64,000 nt of DNA from Euryarchaeota archaeon UBA88 (GTDB taxonomy: Archaea; Thermoplasmatota; Poseidoniia; Poseidoniales; Poseidoniaceae). Shown here piece after piece: positions 9,575-19,298 of this stretch. Under the pieces are notes generated by a model. That model saw only the letters and a program-made list of their open reading frames with translations, was not told the origin of the DNA and did no database searches. The stretch spans positions 6,911 through 70,910 of the forward strand of contig DAME01000025.1 in NCBI GenBank assembly GCA_002499545.1, written 5' to 3'. Each line of letters starts with the position of its first letter. Within the stretch, counting starts at the first letter, position 1. A program made the position numbers and the translations under genes.

Positions 9575-10789
9575 ATGAAGCAGTCCGTTTGGGATGTCAT
9601 CATCGTCGGGGCAGGCCCGACTGGAGGGCGTGCTGCGACACATTTGGCTTCACTCGGTCACTCCGTTCTGATGCTTGAAGAGCATTCGGAAATTGGTCGT
9701 CCTTTCCAATGCGCTGGACTTGTAACGCCAAAGGCCCTGCATGAGGTAGGTCTGTATGATTCAATACTGGAGGAAGTTGATGGCGCTCGAATCCACGGTC
9801 CAAGTGGAACCTTGGTTCCCGTTGGGACTGATGGGAAACTACGAACGTATGTGGTGTGTCGAAAGAAATTCGACCAGGGAGTGGTTCAACAAGCAATGGA
9901 AGCAGGAGCAACACTGTGGCTTGATTCTCGACCAGTATCTGCGGACATCACTGATGAAAAGGTGACCATGATGGTAGAATCCGAAGGCATAGAAATTTCT
10001 TTGGAAGCAAAATTACTGATTGGTTGTGATGGAGCGCACAGCTGGACTCGTAGAACATTCAAGATGGGACGTCCAAAGGAACTGATGATCGGTTTTCAAG
10101 CTGAGGTCCTCGGATTCAACGGCAAAGACCGATGGTTGGAAATGTACAGTGGATCTCAAATCGCACCAGGATTCTTCGCTTGGGTCATTCCGTCAGGTTT
10201 CGGCAGTCATCGTATAGGAATTTGGTCGACAGCCGATCGTCTCAATGGTCGAAGCGTCGAACAATGCTATGATGACTTACTCAAACATCCTCTTTGGAAG
10301 CATCGATTTGAGGGCGTTCAAGAGGTTGCCCGATACTGTGGTCCCGTACCAAGCGGCATGATTCGTAAGCCAGTAGGAAATCGAGTGATGCTCTTGGGTG
10401 ATGCTGCAGGTATGGCCAAGCCAACAACGGGTGGAGGTATTGGCCCGGGCTTCAAACAAATCAAGGGAATTCTCCACCCGCTCTCTAAAGCAATCGATGA
10501 AGACAAACTTTCAGAAAAGAATCTGAAAAGTATCACTTCAAAGCACTTCAATGCGATGAAAAAAGACCAGGATAAGGCGAGAGCTCTTCGAAACCTTTTG
10601 GTCAGTGATGCAACAGATTCAGAACTGGATAAGCACTTTGAAAATTTTGCGAAACCGGAAGTTTTGAAACTCATCAACGAAATAGGTGACATCGAAAAAC
10701 CCGTACCTCTCGGCATGGCACTGCTGAGAAAAGTTCCTGCATTCCGCAAACTGGCGCTGCGTGCTGGTACCAGACTTTTGTTTCGATAG
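9575..10789 (+). CDS. geranylgeranyl reductase family flavoprotein (DGGGPL reductase-like)
   Basis: GAGPTG FAD motif, QCAGL, PGFFAWVIP, GDAAG..KPTTGGGI. Confidence 0.85.
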   Translation: MKQSVWDVIIVGAGPTGGRAATHLASLGHSVLMLEEHSEIGRPFQCAGLVTPKALHEVGLYDSILEEVDGARIHGPSGTLVPVGTDGKLRTYVVCRKKFDQGVVQQAMEAGATLWLDSRPVSADITDEKVTMMVESEGIEISLEAKLLIGCDGAHSWTRRTFKMGRPKELMIGFQAEVLGFNGKDRWLEMYSGSQIAPGFFAWVIPSGFGSHRIGIWSTADRLNGRSVEQCYDDLLKHPLWKHRFEGVQEVARYCGPVPSGMIRKPVGNRVMLLGDAAGMAKPTTGGGIGPGFKQIKGILHPLSKAIDEDKLSEKNLKSITSKHFNAMKKDQDKARALRNLLVSDATDSELDKHFENFAKPEVLKLINEIGDIEKPVPLGMALLRKVPAFRKLALRAGTRLLFR

Positions 10790-10800
10790 GCCGTGATGCA

Positions 10801-11946
10801 ATGCCAAAATTACAACTTGAGCAGCGCGTACGTTACCCACCATTTGAGTCACACAGATTCAAGCCAACACAACTACCTATAGCCAGTGAAATTATCGTCA
10901 TCAAAAAAGGCACTATGAAGGAGATTGAGCAAACACTCAAACAACAAATGCCGGGTTTCACCCTCGGAAACGAGCAATCGTGGTTGGTCGAGCAGCGGTA
11001 CTTGGTTAACGATAAAATCTACGATGATTCAACCATCGTACGTAAGCAAAACATACGTGAATCCAGCAAAAAGCCACTCGCTGTAAAACAACAACGGCAA
11101 GGCTGGTACCTCACCCCGAATCCGATTCATGCTGGTGTTCGGAAGTTCATTTCAGGGGCTGTAGTCGTCCTCTTAGTGACGCTTGGTTATTTGTTCATCG
11201 AACCAGTACTTGCATCGATTGGGATTCCTGGAATTGGTACGAGCACTGTACGAATCGGCCTGCTTGATTATCCGATGCTTGCCGTACTTCTTATTCCGCT
11301 GTTGTTTTTTCCACTCATGTTGCGAGTGGCTGCTAACTTGAGTGACCTCCTACAGCAGCGTTTTTTCCTCAAATCATCGCCAAAAGATCCAATCGTGAAA
11401 CTTCTCGCAGAACCAGTGGCAGGAAAGCCGTTGGAATTTTCTATTGAGATGGAAGAGATTCGTGACGACTGGAGGAATATTTCAATTACTTGGAGGGTTG
11501 GTGCACTACCACCATCCCGCAGCAGCTTATTCAACGCCTTAGGTAGAACCATTTCAAAGCAACCGCCACCTGGCTTGACCACTGAATTACCGCATCATTG
11601 GGATGTCGGGTTGGATGACGGAACTGGTGGAGGAGAAGATGCTCCAATGGAAGACAGGGAAGTCAAGGGTGGATTGTTTCTCCGACCAATGCGTGCAATG
11701 GAATTTGGTGAAAAGAAAACCATTGCATCCGGAGCAATGAGTCTCAAGGAGCCCAGTCTCGATTGGCCGGGCACGATTTCCAGTGATCTCATACGGATTC
11801 ACTGGGAGATGATCGTATCGATTGAGCGCGAAACTAAAGGGAATTTACTTTGGGTTATGCCTATAGCTGTCAGCCATCAAACCCGAACGGCGAGTATCCC
11901 GGTGATCCCAACAAATGACGGTCGAACGGAATCTGACTCTGTTTGA
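10801..11946 (+). CDS. hypothetical membrane protein (2 TM)
   Basis: 381-aa ORF 11 bp after the GGR gene, with two hydrophobic helices. Confidence 0.7.
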   Translation: MPKLQLEQRVRYPPFESHRFKPTQLPIASEIIVIKKGTMKEIEQTLKQQMPGFTLGNEQSWLVEQRYLVNDKIYDDSTIVRKQNIRESSKKPLAVKQQRQGWYLTPNPIHAGVRKFISGAVVVLLVTLGYLFIEPVLASIGIPGIGTSTVRIGLLDYPMLAVLLIPLLFFPLMLRVAANLSDLLQQRFFLKSSPKDPIVKLLAEPVAGKPLEFSIEMEEIRDDWRNISITWRVGALPPSRSSLFNALGRTISKQPPPGLTTELPHHWDVGLDDGTGGGEDAPMEDREVKGGLFLRPMRAMEFGEKKTIASGAMSLKEPSLDWPGTISSDLIRIHWEMIVSIERETKGNLLWVMPIAVSHQTRTASIPVIPTNDGRTESDSV

Positions 11947-11988
11947 GCGAACAACATATTCAAGTCTTTCATTGGTCTACCCGGATGC

Positions 11989-14900
11989 ATGAGCAAGCGT
12001 ACCGTGACCGCTTTGATTCTCGTAGGTCTTATGTTCACATCAGGTTGCATGGGAGCAATTGAATCTGATTCGGATCTAACTGATGAACCAGAAATAGAAC
12101 TTGAATCCATTTCACTCACTGCAAGTTGGGAATTAGCACCTTCTCAAGGTCTGGTGAATGATGCACCGATTCAATTCAATGTTAAGATTCAAGCCACGGG
12201 TCAAGACTGGACCGCTTCGCCAATGATTATCTCGCCGAGCATTGAACTTGTAGCAGAATTTGAATGGGAAAAAACACCGCTCGGTTACACGCTTCAGTTG
12301 ACGCCAACTGAAATTGGTTCGTATCTTGTTCAGGTGGATTTTGCAACAACTAACGGAGCGGTATTCGCTCTCCCAATTCCTGAACCATTGACCCATACTC
12401 TGAATGTTACACCGGTTCAAGAACTCGCCCCAGTCCTGAGTGCACCTGTCGCGATTGAACTAAGTGAACCCACGATTATCTGGTTTGAAGGTAGTGTCAC
12501 CCATTCATCCATCACAACATGCACACTCGACTATTCGGTTAGGAATGGCGAAAGTGGAACTGTATTTGTACGGGATGACGGTACTTGGAAACGAATGATT
12601 GATTTTTCAGAATTAAGTGATTCTACTGCTATAACCACAACGGTAACCTGTGGAGAATTCACTGCACTCAGCGATACCGTGACAACCCAAATTTATCTTG
12701 ACAGTCCAGGCAACGACACAGATGGTGACGGTATCCTCGACCTGGTTGACCGTTGTATGGACGGTTATGGTGCCGAAGAAGGATGGGTATCGACTGATGA
12801 AAGTGATATCGACGGGGACGGTTGCAATGATTTCCATGAAGATCTGGACGACGATAATGACGGTGTTGGTGACGATTTTGATGAGTGCCCTGACTCTGTA
12901 GGTTGGGTGAGTACACCCTATGCTGACTATGATTCTGATGGGTGCCATGATGCTGATGAAGACCTTGACGATGATGGTGATGGGGTTCTTGATGAATTCG
13001 ATGATTGCCCGAGCGGACAACTTGGATGGGGTTCGAATTTTTACAGCGATCGAGATGGAGATGGATGTGCTGATTTAGACGAGGATTCTGATGACGACAA
13101 TGATGGATTAGAGGATGAACTGGATGCATGTCCAAGAGGTCAGAGCAACTGGTTCCGAAACACAAGCAGTGATTTTGATGATGATGGATGCGCTGACCAA
13201 TCGGAAGACGAGGACGATGACAACGACGGTGTCAACGATGTCAACATCACTGGCGACATGCTTGATCGATGCCCACGAACAGCACTTAACTCAACCGACG
13301 TAGATCAAAACGGCTGCTCAGCACTCCAGCGTGATACTGATCTTGATGGCGTTAATGATGCTCACGATCAGTGTGAGGGGACGCCTTCTGGATTGACGGT
13401 CAACGATGTAGGTTGTGCAGACTTGGACAACGATGGTGTGTATGCAAATGTTGACCAATGTCCTAATTCGCCTGAAAGATGGACCATTGAAATCGATGGG
13501 TGTGCTGTTATCCAGCAGCCTGTTGCTTGGAAAAGCAGTTCCCCATTGACTGGTCCGATGCAAATCGTTCCACAATTTTCTACACCAACGCTCAATGGAA
13601 CCTACTACTTCCAACAACGCTGGACTGGCTATGACGTCTACTTTTTCATGTTCAAATACACGGATGCAGATGGGAACGGAAATTCTGCAACATGGGGGCA
13701 AAACCCTGGCCCGTTCATTCGTTCGTTACCAGATAATGTTCACCTGTTCTATGGTTCGTTCGATACCACATACCACGCCGATATTCTAAATCGAAAGGCT
13801 GCGGTTGAAAATGCGCTGAACCCAAGTGAGGAAGATGCATGGGAAGGGCGAATACACTACATTGACCAACGTGCAAATGGCATCAATGGCGGGTTGGGGC
13901 AGATGATCTCCTCCTTCAACAGTCCGTTGTACATGGGCATCGACCGATTTCAAATGGCTCGGGAGACGGGTTCACTCTATGCTTGGACATCATCAAATAA
14001 CGACCCAATGCATCTCGTCCATGAGCCAAAGCAGTGGAATGCCGAATTCCCGGTAGAATCACGCAGACACGATAGCGGTATTCATGAAGTAAAACTCTGG
14101 GATTTTGACGCACACAGTGGGGGTTGGGGTGGAGGTTTTACCTCGGCCCAGACATCGATTTTACCTTCAAACATGTCTCAATTTGATACGATGGAAGTCT
14201 ACCATGAGCACGCATGCGAAGACAGAATGAACCGTCATACGAAAGCCGACGGTTCCACGGGTGGGTGCCATGAGTGGGATTATGAAGCCAATCTACGAAT
14301 TTGCGATCGAGCAAATGCATCATCGTGCGGAACAGAATTCATGAGGTGGATTACAACGTACGGTCGAGAAGGGAAATGGCTTACCGACATTTCACCCTAC
14401 CTTTTCATGCTGGAAGATGATGATAATCGAACCTTCAAGTATCGAGGAGCGAACAAGGGAGATCTGACAATCACCCTCTTACTCAGTAACTGGGGAAGTG
14501 GCTTGAGAGCTTCATCTGCAGATTTTGCCTTTACCGGCGGTCAGTTTGATGGAACGTACAACAACGAGTCAATGTATGACAGAAGCCTCAATTTTACCGT
14601 CCCCTCATGGGCGGAAAGAGTGGAGATTGTTGCCACGATAACAGGCCATGGATTCAATAAGGACAATGCCAATTGTGCAGAGTTTTGTGACCATCAACAC
14701 CATTACTACCTCAATGGATTCACGACTTATGAATGGCATCCATTGGTCTACTCCAATGAAGGATGTGAAAATGAAGTGAGTAACGGTGTGGTTGCCAATC
14801 AGTTCGGCTCATGGCCGTTTGGTCGCGCAGGCTGGTGTGCTGGTCAAGACGTCAAGCAATGGACATATGACATCACAAGTTGGAGCGACATGAGCGGTTC

Positions 14901-15030
14901 AGTCAACGAGCTTACCTACAGAGGATTGTTCAACGGTCAAGAATATCAACCATCTGATGGGATAGGAAACGGACAGCGTAACATACATGCGGAAATTTGG
15001 GTTGTGTATTACGCTGCCACTCTACAGTGA
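11989..15030 (+). CDS. lipoprotein-like secreted protein: thrombospondin type-3 Ca repeats + peptide-N-glycosidase F-like domain
   Basis: Signal peptide ending TSGC; many DxDxDG/DxCP repeats (~12710-13500); CHEWDY, EFMRWITTY, ITGHG, CAEFC, GSW...RAGWC. Confidence 0.85.
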   Translation: MSKRTVTALILVGLMFTSGCMGAIESDSDLTDEPEIELESISLTASWELAPSQGLVNDAPIQFNVKIQATGQDWTASPMIISPSIELVAEFEWEKTPLGYTLQLTPTEIGSYLVQVDFATTNGAVFALPIPEPLTHTLNVTPVQELAPVLSAPVAIELSEPTIIWFEGSVTHSSITTCTLDYSVRNGESGTVFVRDDGTWKRMIDFSELSDSTAITTTVTCGEFTALSDTVTTQIYLDSPGNDTDGDGILDLVDRCMDGYGAEEGWVSTDESDIDGDGCNDFHEDLDDDNDGVGDDFDECPDSVGWVSTPYADYDSDGCHDADEDLDDDGDGVLDEFDDCPSGQLGWGSNFYSDRDGDGCADLDEDSDDDNDGLEDELDACPRGQSNWFRNTSSDFDDDGCADQSEDEDDDNDGVNDVNITGDMLDRCPRTALNSTDVDQNGCSALQRDTDLDGVNDAHDQCEGTPSGLTVNDVGCADLDNDGVYANVDQCPNSPERWTIEIDGCAVIQQPVAWKSSSPLTGPMQIVPQFSTPTLNGTYYFQQRWTGYDVYFFMFKYTDADGNGNSATWGQNPGPFIRSLPDNVHLFYGSFDTTYHADILNRKAAVENALNPSEEDAWEGRIHYIDQRANGINGGLGQMISSFNSPLYMGIDRFQMARETGSLYAWTSSNNDPMHLVHEPKQWNAEFPVESRRHDSGIHEVKLWDFDAHSGGWGGGFTSAQTSILPSNMSQFDTMEVYHEHACEDRMNRHTKADGSTGGCHEWDYEANLRICDRANASSCGTEFMRWITTYGREGKWLTDISPYLFMLEDDDNRTFKYRGANKGDLTITLLLSNWGSGLRASSADFAFTGGQFDGTYNNESMYDRSLNFTVPSWAERVEIVATITGHGFNKDNANCAEFCDHQHHYYLNGFTTYEWHPLVYSNEGCENEVSNGVVANQFGSWPFGRAGWCAGQDVKQWTYDITSWSDMSGSVNELTYRGLFNGQEYQPSDGIGNGQRNIHAEIWVVYYAATLQ

Positions 15031-15040
15031 CGCACGATGC

Positions 15041-16225
15041 TTAAAATTGAGCTGGTGGGGAAGATTTCAAATCCTCAAGATTTGATGCGAGCCGAGGTGT
15101 ATCGAGTAAAACATAGTCGCTATCACGCCGTTGCGGCATAAAGCCTGCTCGAACGATGACGTTTTGAAGTTCCATTTCGGTGGCTTGGAATTTGGTGGTC
15201 CCAGAAGCGGAAACGACGTTTTCCTCCATCATGGTAGAACCGACATCGTTCGCACCACCAAACAATGCCATTTGAGCGGTCTTAATGCCCATTGTAGGCC
15301 ATGATGATTGAATATTATCGATGTTGTCAAGGAACATTCGTGACACGGCAACGTGTCGAAGATATTCTGTAGAACCTGCTCCGAGGGTGATTTTGTTTTG
15401 TCCCTTGTTCCTTTTTCCAAACGTGTTAACCTCTAGTTGAACTGGCCACGCAATGAAGGATGTGAAGCCCTTATCACCACGATTCAAGGAACGTTCTTGT
15501 AAATCACGGATGTGGCGCATGTGCTCGATTCGTTGCTCCAAAGTTTCTCCAAATCCGATTACGTTGGTCGCACTTGTTGTTAATTGCAAATCTTGGGCTT
15601 CACGCATCACTCGAAGCCAGTTTTTCGGAGAACCCTTCTTTGGAGATACATTATTGCGAACATCTTCAACCAGCATTTCAGCACCACCACCAGGTAATCC
15701 ATGCATTCCAGCAGCCTTCAGACGAGTCAAAACCTCTGATGTATCAATGCCCGTAACCTCTGCTATCCCTTCAATTTCAATGGGACTAAAACAATCAATG
15801 TCAATCGAAGGGTGACGGGAACGGAGTTCACGAAGAAGGTCCTCATACCATGAAAATGGAAGTTCCGGGTTAACCCCTCCCTGCATGAGGATACGTACCC
15901 CACCGATTGCTTCGAGTTCAGAAATCCGTTGGGATATTTGATCAATGGATTGGGTGTATGTTTCATCATGTCCGGGGGGTCGATAAAATGAACAAAACTG
16001 ACAGTTTATGGTACACACATTGGTGTAATTGATGTTACGATCAATCAGGTACGTGACCTGTTTCGGTCCGTGAAAAGCATTACGACGAAGGTGCGCAGCC
16101 GACATGAGTTCGTGAAGTGGCGCATGTGCATACAGTTCAAGTGCATCCTCTTCACTCAATCGGAAATCCGCAGAATTTTCCCGAGTCCACCGGCTCTGGA
16201 ATTCAAGAATGCGTGTCCAATTCAT
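15041..16225 (-). CDS. mqnC: CofH/MqnC-family radical SAM enzyme, probably cyclic dehypoxanthinyl futalosine synthase
   Basis: YLIDRNINYTNVCTINCQFCSFY, LMQGG, PGGGAE, NIQSSW, GANDVGSTMMEENVV. Confidence 0.8.
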   Translation of the reverse strand: MNWTRILEFQSRWTRENSADFRLSEEDALELYAHAPLHELMSAAHLRRNAFHGPKQVTYLIDRNINYTNVCTINCQFCSFYRPPGHDETYTQSIDQISQRISELEAIGGVRILMQGGVNPELPFSWYEDLLRELRSRHPSIDIDCFSPIEIEGIAEVTGIDTSEVLTRLKAAGMHGLPGGGAEMLVEDVRNNVSPKKGSPKNWLRVMREAQDLQLTTSATNVIGFGETLEQRIEHMRHIRDLQERSLNRGDKGFTSFIAWPVQLEVNTFGKRNKGQNKITLGAGSTEYLRHVAVSRMFLDNIDNIQSSWPTMGIKTAQMALFGGANDVGSTMMEENVVSASGTTKFQATEMELQNVIVRAGFMPQRRDSDYVLLDTPRLASNLEDLKSSPPAQF

Positions 16226-16234
16226 AGGAAAACC

Positions 16235-17692
16235 TCACCATTGCTTTCCAGTCACGGATTCGATTTCTTCAATTGTTTTTGGGCACGAAGCAGTTAGCAC
16301 GTCCGGTTCATCAGAGGTGACCAGAACATCGTCTTCAATTCGGATACCAAGGTTGGCATACCGTGGTGGGCAATCCACATCTGGCCTCCAGGCTCCAAAA
16401 TACAATCCAGGTTCTACTGTTAGGCACATGCCTTCTTCAAGTAAGCGGGGCTCTCCATTCGGTTTGTAAATGCCTACATCATGAACGTCTAAACCAATCC
16501 AGTGACTGGTATTGTGCATGTACCAAAGTCGAAGATCACCGGTTTTCATGTCAAGTGATTCTTCCAAAGTCTGTGATATTACACCCAAACGAATCAAGCC
16601 TTCAGCCATCACTGTGCGAGCAGCATCGTGGGGCGCTGTATATGGGCGACCAACTCTGCACTGATCGATTGCAGCAAGTTGAGCGTCGAGAACGAGCTGA
16701 TAGATTTCTTTTTGAGCTTCAGTAAAGACACCGTTAATTGGCCATGAACGAGTGATATCGGCAGCATATCCGCGATACTCAGCACCAGCATCGACCAGAA
16801 TTACTTCTCCGTCAAGACAAGCATCATTGTTTTCCTTGTAGTGGAGGATAGTTGCATTTTCTCCACACCCAACAATCGAAGGATACGACCATCCAGATGT
16901 TCCGGCGTACGAAAAGAAGCCTTCGATGGTTGATTGTATTTGATATTCCATTCGACCGGGGCGAGTATGGCGCATTGCAGCTTCGTGCGCAACGCTCGAT
17001 ACATCAGCAGCAAATCGCATTTGAGCAATCTCAGAATCAGATTTTCTCAATCGGAGCTCAGCAATTCGAGCGCTGGGGTCTTCGATTGAAACTGGACCAG
17101 TACCAAAATGCTGGCGTGCACGGTCGCGACGTTCAACCGATTGAAGAACCAAATCATCCATTGCAGGTTGGATACCGGTTCGCAGTAATACTCGTTGTGA
17201 ATCATCAATCATCACACCTATCCGCTCTTCAAGTTCATCGATACCGTACGCTTCATCAACCGCCCATTCCTTGAGAGCACCTTCAACCCCGGGTCTACGG
17301 CCTTCCCAAATTTCCTTGAGTGTGTCTTTAGGTTGAACGAATAGAACAGAAGACCAGCTTCCGTCTTTACAGTACATGCAGAACACTGATTCAGGGTCAT
17401 GCCAGCCAACAAAATACAGCATGTTACTCATGGTGCGAAACGGATAATGAACATCATTCGAATGGGTTGCTTCGTGCCCAGAGCACAAAATCACGAGGTC
17501 ATCCGAACGAAGTTGCGAAGTGAGGCGGTTTTGGCGAGCTCTGTATTCATCAGTGGAAATCTTAGGAGGTTGCGGTCCAACCTTACCCATGGCTGCCTCG
17601 TGCATGCGATGTCCAGTCGTCGACCAGTCTTCAATAATTGCATCATAAGAGTTACAATTTTGCATCGTGGGAATCATCCTTGGACGGCTCAA
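16235..17692 (-). CDS. pepP: Xaa-Pro aminopeptidase (M24B)
   Basis: AMP_N region (YPFR..S...Y..G), LHY, VDAG.E..Y.ADITR, HWIGLDVHD, TVEPGLY, GIRIEDD; exact start uncertain. Confidence 0.92.
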   Translation of the reverse strand: MSRPRMIPTMQNCNSYDAIIEDWSTTGHRMHEAAMGKVGPQPPKISTDEYRARQNRLTSQLRSDDLVILCSGHEATHSNDVHYPFRTMSNMLYFVGWHDPESVFCMYCKDGSWSSVLFVQPKDTLKEIWEGRRPGVEGALKEWAVDEAYGIDELEERIGVMIDDSQRVLLRTGIQPAMDDLVLQSVERRDRARQHFGTGPVSIEDPSARIAELRLRKSDSEIAQMRFAADVSSVAHEAAMRHTRPGRMEYQIQSTIEGFFSYAGTSGWSYPSIVGCGENATILHYKENNDACLDGEVILVDAGAEYRGYAADITRSWPINGVFTEAQKEIYQLVLDAQLAAIDQCRVGRPYTAPHDAARTVMAEGLIRLGVISQTLEESLDMKTGDLRLWYMHNTSHWIGLDVHDVGIYKPNGEPRLLEEGMCLTVEPGLYFGAWRPDVDCPPRYANLGIRIEDDVLVTSDEPDVLTASCPKTIEEIESVTGKQW

Positions 17693-19247
17693 TGCGGTTC
17701 CACTTAGGAATACTGTTTGCAGCAGATTGGCTCATCGTCCTTCGAACAAAGAAAATCAAACCTACCAGTGCCCCCAATGCAACCAGACTGAACACCATGT
17801 TGGAGGTCGTTATGCGAGAACTTGCTCCAGCAGCCTCTTCGATACGCAGTGTGAACGCAAGAGAAGATGTTTCGTCATCATCGTCAGAGACGACCAAGCG
17901 GACATCATAGGCCCCCGGACTGGAAAAGTCTGAATGATTGAGAGAGGATTTTCCCGTGACATAGATTTGATCATTGATGTACCATGAACACATGATGTCG
18001 GAAGCATCATTCTGGGTATCTGTGCTCCCATCACAGTTGAGGTCCCATTCACTACCGGATACGGTTGAAATCAATGTCCCGTCACTCACTGTCAGCCCGT
18101 CAAGTTGAATTGCGGGTGACGGTGCTTGGTTGACTACTAAGAATTCATAACTCGTTCGAATCAGGCGACCAACTGAATCGCGAATCAAAAGTTCGACCGA
18201 CCAGGTACCGCTCAATGACGGTTGCAACATGATTTCGGAGTCTGAAAGTTGTTGAGATTCCAAAACAGAATGACGACTACCATCGGGCTGTACGACCGTC
18301 CATGTAAGTTCCATCGAACCACCATCATACCCTTCTATCACGGTACTCGAAAAGGACACGTTTGTAGATTCGAATACGGATTCTATGGTCGAATTCTGTG
18401 ATTCAAGGTCGACTACTCCGTTGGTTTCAGATTGAAAAACGATTTCCACATCTGGCAGAGAGCGGTCAATGTGGAAGGTTAATGTTTGAGATTCAGAAGT
18501 GCGCAGAAGCGAATCAAGAACGTAGATTTTAAGCAACCAAAATCCGTCTGGAAGTGATATTGATTCCGGAGTGAATTCTACATCCCAACCTTGTTCACTT
18601 GGGGTTTGCGAAAAATCAGTGAATTGAGAGAAGGCTTCACGGCAGATACCGAACGGGGCGGGGCATATTTCCATTCGTACTTGGGATTCGATATCGGTAT
18701 GTGGTGCAAAGACCACTGGAACGAACACTTGGGATACGTCGTTCATCACGACGATTCGGTTATTTTTGAAAGGCAAAAGAACAGGCCGGTGATGGTTGAA
18801 CGAATCATCGGAATCTATTGAATCATGGACTTGGATTTCTCCGAGATAGACGATGAGGGAAAACAAGGGTAAGTCAGTACTGTTGACTGCATCCAATGCA
18901 AAGAGACATGTACACTTGATGGCAGTAACATTCAATTCCACATCCCAGTGCCACGAATCCTCTGAAGTAGCTTCGACGTTTGTAAGGTATCCTGTTTCAA
19001 GCGCAACAGGTTGTTCATCGATGGTTGATAGATTGTAAAGAGTCCACATCGTATTTGACAGAGGGATTTCTGAGCTTCCGTTGAGGAACATTTCGGAGGA
19101 AAATGAAGAACCTGTGGTTTGATGAACGGTAACGAGGGATTCCTCAGAAATGGGTTTGTGATGCTTAGCATCTACCAGTCCTGACAAGGTCGGCATCAAA
19201 AAACAGGCCAACATGAGGATAACACAGAACTTGTTGGTCATTCCCAT
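17652..19247 (-). CDS. secreted Ig/PKD-like domain protein with C-terminal membrane anchor
   Basis: Signal peptide, beta-rich repeats, PKD-like PGAYDVRLVVSDDD, C-terminal TM. Confidence 0.7.
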   Translation of the reverse strand: MGMTNKFCVILMLACFLMPTLSGLVDAKHHKPISEESLVTVHQTTGSSFSSEMFLNGSSEIPLSNTMWTLYNLSTIDEQPVALETGYLTNVEATSEDSWHWDVELNVTAIKCTCLFALDAVNSTDLPLFSLIVYLGEIQVHDSIDSDDSFNHHRPVLLPFKNNRIVVMNDVSQVFVPVVFAPHTDIESQVRMEICPAPFGICREAFSQFTDFSQTPSEQGWDVEFTPESISLPDGFWLLKIYVLDSLLRTSESQTLTFHIDRSLPDVEIVFQSETNGVVDLESQNSTIESVFESTNVSFSSTVIEGYDGGSMELTWTVVQPDGSRHSVLESQQLSDSEIMLQPSLSGTWSVELLIRDSVGRLIRTSYEFLVVNQAPSPAIQLDGLTVSDGTLISTVSGSEWDLNCDGSTDTQNDASDIMCSWYINDQIYVTGKSSLNHSDFSSPGAYDVRLVVSDDDDETSSLAFTLRIEEAAGASSRITTSNMVFSLVALGALVGLIFFVRRTMSQSAANSIPKWNRIEPSKDDSHDAKL

Positions 19248-19298
19248 GACCGAGTGTGCGTTCCATTCAAACATGAATGTTCGCTCTTCATGGGCCGC

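Noticed and set aside
12710-13500. Repetitive GAT/GAC-rich DNA as a CRISPR or tandem repeat (also 19400-22200, 54900-55285)
   Set aside because: Repeats are degenerate at DNA level and in frame; they encode Asp-rich Ca-binding motifs with no repeat-spacer pattern
15041-16225. Tetraether lipid synthase or ring synthase radical SAM
   Set aside because: Motifs are CofH/MqnC-type, not Tes or B12-binding Grs type
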